From: Macrostomum lignano
Lineage: Eukaryota
DNA length: 64,000 nt
Direction of reading: 5' to 3'
NCBI GenBank assembly: GCA_002269645.1
Contig: NIVC01000282.1
Span: forward strand, 434,001 to 498,000
Made by a program: the position numbers and the translations under genes. The notes beneath the pieces are model-generated. The model did no database searches, was not told where the DNA came from, and saw only the letters and a program-made list of their open reading frames with translations. Below, piece after piece: positions 22,872 to 34,800 of the stretch. Numbering within the stretch: position 1 is the first letter of the stretch; every line of letters starts with the position of its first letter.

Positions 22872-25800
22872 TCAGATGATGGCATCTCTAGCTGACACAC
22901 TCCAGTACTGAGCTGACATCATCTCGGTCAGGCGGGACACAGTGCGCTCGTGAGCGAACACCTCCTCCTCGCCTGTGAAGATGGTCGCCCCCGCCGATTC
23001 AGCGTTGGGCCCGTGCTGAGACACGCCCAGATCGTCGCGAAGGACGCGCATCCGGTGCAGCTCGGCCTCGTCCAGCGAGTCGCCCGGCTGGAACAGGCTC
23101 TCGGGTGGCTCGGCCGCGCTTATTACTAGGCGGCACCTGGGGCAGCGGTGCGGGGTGATTGAGCGATTAAAGAATGCCTGGCCTATAGATAATTATCATA
23201 GCTATAACCGCCTGTAAGCAGTAAGCAAAGCGCCACACTATAAAAGCGCCAACATGTAATAAGCGCCAAAGTATAAAAGCGCCAAAATCTGCAAAGCGCC
23301 ACACAAAAAGAGCGCCAAAATCCACAAAACGACACACCACAAAAGCGCCAAAATCTACAAAGCGACACACCACAAAAGCGCCAAAATCTACAAAACGACA
23401 CACCACAAAAGCGCCAAAATCTACAAAGCGCCAAAGTATAAATGCGCCAAAATCTACAAAACGACACACCACAAAAGCGCCAAAATCTAAAAAGCGACAC
23501 ACCACAAAAGCGCCAAAATCTAAAAAGCGACACACCACAAAAGCGCCAAAATCTACAAAACGACACACCACAAAAGCGCCAAAATCTACAAAGCGCCAAA
23601 GTATAAATGCGCCAAAATCTACAAAACGACACACCACAAAAGCGCCAAAATCTAAAAAGCGACACACCACAAAAGCGCCAAAATCTAAAAAGCGACACAC
23701 CACAAAAGCGCCAAAATCTACAAAGCGACACACCACAAAAGCGCCAAAATCTACAAAACGACACACCACAAAAGCGCCAAAATCTACAAAACGACACACC
23801 ACAAAAGCGCCAAAATCTACAAAACGACACACCATAAAAGCGCCAAAATCTACTAAGTGCCAAAGTATAAATGCGCCAAAATCCACAAAACGACACACCA
23901 CAAATGCGCCAAAATCTACAAAACGACACACCACAAAAGCGCCAAAATCTACAAAACGACACACCACAAAAGCGCCAAAATCTACAAAACGACACACCAC
24001 AAAAGCGCCAAAATCTACTAAGTGCCAAAGTATAAATGCGCCAAAATCCACAAAACGACACACCACAAATGCGCCAAAATCTACAAAACGACACACCACA
24101 AAAGCGCCAAAATCTACAAAACGACACACCACAAAAGCGCCAAAATCTACAAAACGACACACCACAAAAGCGCCAAAATCTACAAAGTGAAACTAATCCT
24201 CACCTATTATCATAGATAGTATCTATCAGGGTAATAAACCTCCGCATAGCGCTCCGGTTCTGCAGCGACAGCACTGGAACGCCGTGCAGAAACAGGCAGT
24301 GGAAGCGCTGGCACACGGCCACATAGTCGGCGGCCGCCAGCGGCTGGCAGCACAGCTGATCAAAGCTCGCCCACAGCAGGCCGCCTTTGCACTTGTCAAA
24401 GCTGACGTCTCGGCCAAACACGCGCAGACGGGTCGGCCCGGCCGGGCCCGCCTCGGCCGAGCACAATCGCTTCCAAAGCGTCTCCATGGCAACGCTAGAA
24501 TCGGCATCGCCAGATAGAAAGTAGGTACGCATGGAGCCGCTAGAGCCAGCAGCAGCGTCTTTGTCCCGGGCCAGTCTGCGATAATCCACCCCGGAGCCGA
24601 GTTCCACAATGCCGCAGTGCCGCTTCAGAATGGGTATGAATGGCAGGAAGTTCACCCGCTGAAGCCCGTTCTTGTACAGGTCGTCCGGGGCCCGGTTGGA
24701 CGAGGCCACCAGCACCAGGCCGGAGGCGAACAGCACGGTGAACAGGCGTTTTAGAATCATCGCGTCGGCGATATCCGTCACTTGGAATTCGTCCAGGCAG
24801 AGCAGGCGGGTCCGGCTGGCGATGTCGGCAGCCACTGGCCCGATGGGGTCGTAGGCGCCCTGCGGTGCATGACGGGCTGCGGCTGTATCTCCCGTATAAA
24901 ACGAAACGGTCGCAAAAAGGGGCTGTGACCGTTCCCCTTGTTACCGTGGTCAGTAACGCTTGTGACCGTTTATTGTGACCGTTCATGTTCATGAAAATAA
25001 GGTCACATGTGACCGTTCATAGTTACCATATATGTGACCGTTTGTTCAGGGTCACATGTTACCGTTCAATGTGACCGTATTTTGTGACCGTTTGTTCAGG
25101 GTCACGTGTTACCGTTCAATGTTACCGTATTTTGTGACCGTTTGTCCAGGGTCACATGTTACCGTTCAATGTTACCGTATTTTGTGACCGTTTGTTCCGG
25201 GTCACGTGTTACCGTTCAATGTTACCGTATTTTGTGACCGTTTGTCCAGGGTCACATGTGACCGTTCAATGTTACCGTATTTTGTGACCGTTTGTTTAGG
25301 GTCACATGTGACCGTTCAATGTGACCGTATTTTGTGACCGTTTGTTTAGGGTCACATGTGACCGTTCAATGTTACCGTATTTTGTGACCGTTTGTTCAGG
25401 ATCACATGTTACCGATCAATGTGACCGTATTTTGTGACCGTTTGTTCAGGGTCACATGTGACCGTTCAATGTGACCGTATTTTGTGACCGTTTGTTCAGG
25501 GTCACGTGTTACCGTTTAATGTTACCGTATTTTGTGACCGTTTTGCTTAGGGTAACTATGTTACTGTTTACTGTTACCATATTTTGTGACCGTTTTGTGA
25601 TCTTGTGTGTTTTTTCTGACTATCGACCAACAGTATGTGCAAAATAATGTGCAAATAAGTAACAGGAATACAAATCAGCAGTAATATATTAGATGTGAAG
25701 TAACCAGTAATTGCGGCAATTAAGCTTTATATACGCAAAGCGCGCTATTATTAAAATGCATTATTATATGGTACATAGCGATCGCAGAAGTGCGCCAAAA

Positions 25801-28800
25801 AGAAGTAGTTGAATTAGTGGGACATCGCAGAAGTGCGCCAAAAAGAAGTAGTTGAATTAGTGGGACATCGCAGAAGTGCGCCAAAATGAACTAGTTGAAT
25901 TAGTGGGACATCGCAGAAGTGCACCAAAAAGAACTAGTTGAATTAGTGGGACATCGCAGAAGTGCGCGACCAAAAGTTTTAGAAACCCATTGTACTGCGA
26001 ATTTTAGGTTTAGTTTAGCTTTGTTTAGTTTAGCACAATGATATGTTGCATACACAAATTTCTCCCTCCCACTCTCTCCATTTTCTTTCATTATTCCCGA
26101 TAAGATCAGAAAAAGCCCAGTAAATAATAAAATGCCCGAAATGGCTGCATTTCAGTCTGGTACACTTCGACTCATGGATTTGCAGATGGATGAGAGGCTG
26201 CAGCTTCGTCGTCATTGTGATCTCCGTTGTCGCCAACGTTGGCGTCCTCATCATCGGCATCGATGTCGATCGTCGCCACCTCATTTCCGCTGGGTGCCAA
26301 TTTGAGCGATTTTTGTAGTTTTCGCGCAATACAGAATCCAGTGCGCTTAAACACGGCGGCATACTTTTGCTTTGCCGTACACTACGGCGACCGGCGGCCC
26401 GTTGGCGGACCGTTGCACCGCCTCGCCGGACTCCAGTACAGTTTGGACATATCGATCGCACATCATGCGCAGGCAGTTGGCCATTGCCTTTTGCGCCTCA
26501 GCGGGCGTGTCACCATGGCTGGCGCCTTTTGATCTTTGTTGCGCCAGGTACGCAATCATTGTCGTGATGACAATGCGGCAGCGGTGTATCTTGCTGGGCT
26601 CTTCGGCCCGTGCCGGTAGCTGCTTGGCCACTCGCTGCAGCACGTCGACCACCACAGCTTTTTCTGCAGCTTTGTCTGACGCCATGTCGATCCAGGCTGC
26701 TGGCCAGTTAAAGCCATTGGCGCACAGTGGTGCACACGATGGACAAACCGATGCCGCACTATTTGCTGCGCCGGATGGCGGCTTCGCGGGTGCACAGTCT
26801 GAGTCCACTGCACGTTCTGCGCCGGATGGCGGCTTCGCGGGTGCACAGTCCACTGCACGTTCTGCGCTGGATGGCGGCTTCGCGGGTGCACAGTCCACTG
26901 CACGTTCTGCGCCGGATGGCGGCTTCGCGGGTGCACAGTCCACTGCACGTTCTGCGCCGGATGGCAGCTGCGCAGGTGGCAGTTGCGCAATGGAAAATTT
27001 AATGGCCCGTTGAATATCATCGGGTGATCGGGCTGCCGAACTTGCTTCTGCGCCGGCTAGACCAGCTGATGGCACCGGGTGGTCCAATTGCAGCAATCGC
27101 TTGCTTATGTCACTAGCCTGCATAGCAACCAGGGCCAGTTCGCCATGCAGGCCATGGAAGCAATCTTGCAGGTCGCAGAGAGTCGCTTTGCGATCCGATT
27201 GTTGCAGCGGCAGCTCCTGCAGCATACAGATGACTGAACAGCTGCTATCAATATTTTTCAGAATATGTGTGACATTATCTTTTAATATGCTTGCAGACCG
27301 CATTATTCTATCTAGCGAGTCTGCATCCGCCATAGTAGAATTAGAGTTAATCTGGAATGGTTAATTGTAGGATAGCATAATTACAAGAACAAACAGTGGC
27401 GCAACCAGGGGGGGCGGGGGGGGGGGGCGGTCGCCCACCCCTTAGGCGGGGGACCAAAAAAAAATCAAAGGGGGGACCAAGCGAATTTTCGCCAAAAACA
27501 GAGCCACCCCTCCGCCGCCTCCCCCCCCCGGGACTTTAACCTCAGAACCCGCCCCCCCCCTTGAAAAATTTCTGGTTGCGTTACTGAGAACAAACACAAC
27601 CTAAGAAGTTAAGAAATTTGTCAGCTAATTTTTTGTACCAAAAGTTTTTTATGTGCAATATCTACCGGTGAAGAATAAATGAATGATAAAATGTTGTCTA
27701 ATTAGTACGTTGTCGTTATCAGGTGGCAGAAAGTCATTTTTGTAAAATTTTGGACATTTTTATAAGCAAAAGACATAATTAAGTTTCTGTACCTTTTAAA
27801 AACAAATAGAAAGCTTTGGAGGGTTGAAAAAAACTATAGATAAAAGTATAGTACTTGCATCATCAGATCTAATGCTATTATGATTTTATCTAGATAAAAA
27901 TACTGGTGACCAGAAAATCTGTTATCTATTTCATATATTGGTACTTCAAAGTTACAAAAAAAGTGTTATGACCATAAGGCTGCCTTTTATGTATCTTTGT
28001 TGCCTTTTTGAGTTTAATTATATATTGCAAAAGGAGTATGATTTCTGAAGATGTTCTTAGTCCAATTAAAAAAAATGCATTGCAAAATATTCTACATATA
28101 TTATATGTTTGAAAAATTTTATAAGACTTTAACTGTTTAGTTTCTATATGCCAAAAATCCTGTAATCCTGTTAGGCCTATTACAAACATAAGTGCCACTC
28201 AATGCTTAGGGCCTAATAGCATCTATATTAATAATGACATCTATATGAAAGTTTGGCAATCTTTAAGTTTCATTCATTAAATTATTTTTTCAATGATTTC
28301 TGAACTATCTTGCTCTGAGATGATTATTTTCGAGCTCTCCAGTGTACCCAGCCCTTTCCTAGCTGAGAAAGTAGCAGTTTTGTTAAGAAAGTTTATAAAC
28401 ATATTCTTGACAAAATTATATATCATTTAAAATATTGCTCCAGTATATTCTATTATTATATTTCATTTTATAAGTAAAAAAAGCAGTTATGCCTGTGCTT
28501 ATATGGAATGAGCCTAAAGATTTTGTATTCACATAGCCACAGACATGAGACAACTTAATCGACAGTTCACTGAAAACGTAACAGTAATCATTGTAGTAGC
28601 AAATTTGGCTCAGGCTTAAGGAGCCTGTTTTGCCAGTATAATTCGATGTATTTAGTGTTTGTTCAAAAGGTTAAATTTTTACAGTCGAAAACGAAAAAAA
28701 GATTTGAATCGGTGACTTGTCCGCCATATTGATTTTTAGTCCTGTTAACGACGTCGTGTTTTTTTTCACTACGCGTTTCTCACTTGTCGCACAATACTAA

Positions 28801-31800
28801 CCTTCTAATTCCGTAGTTGCGATTGTCATTTTAAGAGGTATAAGATGGTACCTACTTAAGAGAATCCTATCTTACTATCACTATAGCAGTATATTTCAGT
28901 GGATCGTATTTCTAGAAATAAATTTAACGCAGTGTATTCATTTTCCAGTGAAGCAGGTATAAACGTCATGTATTTCATGCAAATTTACAGACTGTAGCCA
29001 GCTGCCCATATTGATCAGAATATGAGATGAAGCCTTGAACAGAGCAATGTGAGTTAAACGATGGCGTACAGGGGGGCGACGGAGTCTAATATTTTTGGGG
29101 GGCACCAGGCACAGGGCAAGGGGGGCACAGGTACCTTCATAATTACTGCTAATTAGTGCCTAAAATCAGAGGAAGCACTAAAAATTACCGCCTGGACTTA
29201 TTTTCTGGGGGGAGGCACGTGCCCCCTGTGCCGCAAGCTCCCGCCGCCCATGATGGCGTATGTTTCAGACAGTTGGCATCATTAAAGCACAGTTATGCGC
29301 GATAATAGATTAATGCATTATAAATGTAGCCAATTGGCTAAATGTACTACTGCTAACAAATATATACTACTACGCCAAAAGAAACTAAGCGACTATCCGC
29401 CATAAGTCAATGTCCCTATGCTGCGAAGGAAAATTGTTCATGTGGCAGAAACGCCACGTGAGAGTCCGACACGGCACAAGATTTGACGATGGTGGCAACC
29501 GGGTCCAATTCGAAGTAGAACTTGGACACCTCGTCGAAAGGGCTTCGTCGCAATCGACGCACGTGCGCAAGCGCACAACCGCCAAGTAGGCGACGCCCAG
29601 AGAAGCAGTAAAGTGGATTATCGCGTGGCTCCAAGTACTTCTCGGTCAATAAACGACGAACAACCAATTTTGCAGTGCCATCTGCAACGCGAATCGACTC
29701 CACTCGACCGAACTCAAATAATGTCGCGCCGCAATTAAATGCGATGAAGCAGGACGCAGATCTGCAGAATTGCAACTCAGGTCGAAAAACCTCCAGCTGG
29801 CATCCACTGTGAAGTACAGCCCTCGTGAAGCCACGTCCCTGTCGGCGCTCGTACAGCCGCACTCCACCGGCGGTTGTCAATGCCGGTCTATCTGTCGCCT
29901 TTGGGTTGGAGCTATTGAAAATGTCTCTGACACCCAATAGTGAGCTGAGATAACGAGTCGCCGCACGTCGAGTTAGCTGCTTTACCAACTGTTTGTCTGA
30001 GTGTCGCGTACCGTGAACTCGCGAGCGCAAGCGACCATGCATAGACTCGAAAAGTCCGGCTGATACCCGATGCAGCGGTCCTAGCAGTAGAGCATACGCA
30101 CTAAAATGCTCACATACCTGGTGAGCATTATACGTCTGTGCGGCTGCTCCGAAAAGGTTGCGCAGCTCTTTATAAAAGTGCTTCAGGTTAGCGTCAGCTC
30201 GCAATATCTGCGTGTGCGGTGCGCCATCGAGACAAAGCCAGAAAATAGCAGACGACAGAAGCATAAAGTGCTGGTAGTAACTGGCATCAAGCAGGCCATC
30301 CCCTAGCACCATTGGTCCGTAACAAAGTAGCCACGCTTCGAGCTCGTGCCCACGGAAGTGCCCTAGCTCATGCATCGTGCGCGGGGCCCGCTGATGCGAC
30401 GCCGGCACGTGGATAGTCGCCAGCCTAGTGTTAATATCTGAAAGTCGTCTGGACAAATCCGGTGCGGGACACACTCTCATGGGCTTCTTGCCAATTGGCA
30501 CAAATAACTGCTCCATAGTGCGTCGGACAAGACCAGTCAGCAATTGATGCAGGAAACATGGTGGACAACCTTGAATGTAGTCAAAGCCCTCAAGCCGATA
30601 AAGTGGCGATACCGCTATGACTCCCAGGTTGTGCTCCGCTGATACCGGTTTAGTGTTTGCCAGCATCACGGTGTCAGCCAGATTGCGAACTGTTGGCTGC
30701 GTGACATTGGCAGCCAGAGCTGCATGCATCGCATCATCCGACATTGCGCATGGATATATTCTCGCACTGCCCCCACGTTCTGCGTCGTGCAGGGAGATAG
30801 TGTAGCAATTGTCGCACCCGTACTCGGCATTAAACTGACGCATGCATTTGGTTTCTGCCCGTTGCGGAGCGTCTAGAATAAACATTAGTGGGTGCAGTCT
30901 AATTCTTCCACCCTGTTTGCCATCGACACCGGCACCTTTCATGAATTCAATACCAACTGACCGCAGTGCATTCAGTTGCTCTACTAGCCAAGGGAGATAC
31001 GCAGTGGAGCGTAGTTTCCTTTTAGCGGACCAGAAGCCGGCTACAACGACATATCTACTCTTCATGTTGTCGGTTACTTCGTTAATGCTGACATAAACTG
31101 GACACATTTCCATAACAGACCTTTTAAAAATTGGAAAGCCATCGATGCACACTGAATACGTGAGGTCACTTCGTGAGCCCAGTGCAATAGACCGCTTGAA
31201 TGCCGCATACGCAGTTCCGCTACCCATGTAAAGACGTCCCACGTTCGCCGGCTGATCGACGGGATATATTACGTGGTCTAGAAGATGGCATTCTTCGATC
31301 ATCTGTCGTACTTGGCTGCCTATATCCATTCGCCAGAAGTGCCCAACAGACTCTGGCGATTCCAATCTAGCATTACAATGCGGACAGTGATTTGGGCGCG
31401 GTTGTTGCATCTCGCGATCGCAGCTCAGACAATACACTGAAGGTCTGCATCTCGTGTAGGAGTACGGTGTCAGGTTTAGCAAATTGTCCAGCATATGACG
31501 GGTCTGTGGAAACGCAGCATTTACAGGAAGCACGGCCTTTGTGTAGGCAAGCAATTTGTCGACACCATGTACAGAAAGATTTTGCGCAAAGGCCAGACAC
31601 TGAGCTAGGGTTCCAATTGCAGCGTATGACACAGTAGCGCCAGGATAGGCGACCAACTGGCAAAAGTTACGCAGTTTAGCGTCGTCTGAATCATAATCAT
31701 CGCCGTCACCGTCATCGCTGTATTCGGCATCGTCGCTAGGCGCTTGGCTGGCAGAGCTTTCGGTAGCTTCGCTGGCATCGCCGGCTTCACTAGCAGTTTC

Positions 31801-34800
31801 GCTGGCAGAGCTTTCGGTAGCTTCGCTGGCATCGCCGGCTTCACTGGCAGTTTCGCTGGCAGAGCTTTCGGTAGCTTCACTGGCATCGCCGGCTTCACTG
31901 GCAGTTTCGCTGGCAGAGCTTTCGGCAGCTTCGCTGGCATCGCCGGCTTCACTGGCAGTTTCGCTGGTGGAGGCTTCGCCGGTAGATGGCGGTTGTGAAG
32001 TAGCTTCGCCGGTAGATGGCGGTTGTGAAGTAGCTTCGCCGGTAGATGGCGGTTGTGAAGTAGCTTCGCCGGTAGATGGCGGTTGTGAAGTAGCTTCGCC
32101 GGTAGATGGCGGTTGTGGAGTACCTTCGCTACCGATGTCGTCGTCTGGATGACGGCGCTTATTACCACGATTCGTCTGTGGATTTCCAATGGCGGCGCCC
32201 ATTGCAGTCGTTCCAGATTGTAACCACTGTTGTCGCCTTTGAAATAGAAGCTGCACTGTCTTGCGTTCTCGAAATCGTTTCACTCTTAAACGAGTCATAA
32301 TGGCGCGGCGTTGCTGGGCTTCCATGATAGAGATTTTTGTTCTTAATAATGATTCTTATCCTCTGCAAAAGTGGCAAACGTTCATGAGAAATTAGTCAGT
32401 TGCTTCGTGGGTTACCGTCACTTCTCCTTATATACTGATTTGAAAGAGAACGGATCCCTGGGCATAGGTAATAAATTTGCTTCCCTATTCATAACTATCA
32501 CGTGTCCATACCTAACTATATATAACTGGGTATCCATGTGACCTATTTCAGGAGAGGCTACTCTGTAAAATTGTAAAGTAAAAATTCAGGCAACAATAAC
32601 ACGTGCGTCACGCCGCACTCAAATTTAGCAACGTAGTAGCAGTCTATTATGCAATGAAGACGACAACAGTTGGTAGAAAGCGACAAGTAGTAAACTCCAC
32701 AACAGAACAAAACGGTCACAAAATACGGTAACAGTGAACGGTAACATGTGACCCTGAACAAACGGTCACAAAATACGGTCACATTGATCGGTAACACGTG
32801 ACCCTGAACAAACGGTCACAAAATACGGTCACATTGATCGGTAACGTGTGACCCTAAACAAAACGGTCACAAAATACGGTCACATTGATCGGTAACATGT
32901 GACCCTAAACAAAACGGTCACAAAATACGGTCACATTGAACGGTAACGTGTGACCCTAAACAAAACGGTCACAAAATACGGTCACATTGATCGGTAACAT
33001 GTGACCCTAAACAAAACGGTCACAAAATACGGTCACATTGATCGGTAACATGTGACCCTAAACAAAACGGTCAAAAAATACGGTCACATTGATCGGTAAC
33101 ATGTGACCCTAAACAAAACGGTCAAAAAATACGGTCACATTGATCGGTAACATGTGACCCTAAACAAAACGGTCACAAAATACGGTCACATTGATCGGTA
33201 ACATGTGACCCTAAACAAAACGGTCACAAAATACGGTCACATTGATCGGTAACATGTGACCCTAAACAAAACGGTCACAAAATACGGTCACATTGATCGG
33301 TAACATGTGACCCTAAACAAAACGGTCACAAAATACGGTAACTATGAACAGTCACATGGTTACCCTAAGCAAACCGGTCACAAAATACGGTCACATTGAT
33401 CGGTAACATGTGACCCTAAACAAAACGGTCACAAAATACGGTAACTATGAACAGTCACATGGTTACCCTAAGCAAACCGGTCACAAAATACGGTCACATT
33501 GATCGGTAACATGTGACCCTAAACAAAACGGTCACAAAATACGGTCACATTGATCGGTAACATGTGACCCTAAACAAAATGGTCACAAAGTACGGTAACA
33601 TTGAACAGTCACATGGTGACCCTGAACTAAACAGTCACAAATACGGTAAAAAATGGTAACTGGTGACCGTAACGGTAAAAAACACGGTAACAGCCCCTTT
33701 TTGTGACCGTTTCGTTTTATACGGGTCTGGTAGTACGAGTCGTCACCCAACAACGGCTCATATTGTAGGACCCTGGGGAACCAGCGGCCCATATTGTAGG
33801 ACCCTGGGGAACCAGCGGCCCATATTGTAGGACCCTGGGGAACCAGCGGCCCATATTGTAGGACCCTGGGGAACCAGCGGCCCATATTGTAGGACCCTGG
33901 GGAACCAGCGGCCCATATTGTAGGACCCTGGGGAACCAGCGGCCCATATTTTAGGACCCTGGGGAACCAGCGGCCCATATTGTAGGACCCTGGGGAACCA
34001 GCGGCCCATATTGTAGGACCCTGGGGAACCAGCGGCCTATATTGTAGGACCCTGGGGAACCAGCGGCCCATATTTTAGGACCCTGGGGAACCAGCGGCCC
34101 ATATTGTAGGACCCTGGAGAACCAGCGGCCAAACCAATCAAAGACCCTAGGGAGCCAGCGGCCCAACCCAAGGAAGGATTCTGGAGCACAGCGACCCAAC
34201 CAAATGAAGGACCTTGGAGCACAGCGACCCAACCCAATAGAGGACCCTGGAGCACAGCGGCCCAACCCAATAGAGGACCCTGGAGCACAGTGGCCCAACC
34301 CAATAGAGGACCCTGGAGCACAGCGGCCCAACCCAATGAAGGACCCTGGAGCACAGCGGCCCAACCCAATGAAGGTCAGTTAGGAACCAGCAGTGGAAAG
34401 AAGCCAGGTCCTTTTAACCAAAAAATGTCAGCAATTTGTCACCTTAACAGACTTGTCCGCCTGCTTGAACCGATGAATCATCTGGTGCACCTCGGTCATG
34501 AATGCGTGGAAATGCAATCTACGCTTGGCAAGCACGGCAGAGCTTGGCTCGCCACCAGAACCTGAACAGCAGTTGAAAAACAAGTCCATTAGCATGCTTT
34601 TGCCGCCGCCAACGCCGCCATAAATATAGAGGCCGCGTGGACCAGCCAAACTTGGCTGCGGAGCTGACTTGGCTGTCCATCGCTGCATCAGCCGCGACAT
34701 CAAGCCGGCAGATCCGGCAGCTGCTGAAGATGCTGCTGCTGACGGTGCAGTCAGCAGATGACCGCCGGTCAGTAGTTCCGCATGCAGACGGTCCAGCTGT

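Larger units (their letters stand above)
24891..33725 (-). mobile_element. Full-length CACTA/EnSpm-type (CMC superfamily) DNA transposon, 8835 bp
   Basis: TIRs CCCGTATAAAACGAAACGGTC(G/A)CAAAAAGGGGCTGT(G/T)ACCG, 39/41 identical (24891-24931; 33685-33725). 3-bp TSD TCT (24888-24890; 33726-33728). Mirror-image subterminal arrays; transposase plus a second ORF. Confidence 0.9.

Noticed and set aside
23167-24165. 332-aa and 325-aa repeat ORFs ([11 protein letters not shown])n
   Set aside because: 33-bp array inside AFG1L intron 2; flanking exons splice in phase without it.
24920-33700. Regularly spaced arrays resembling CRISPR
   Set aside because: Here and in all other arrays the units are contiguous with no unique spacers; no cas genes; the context is eukaryotic and intron-containing.
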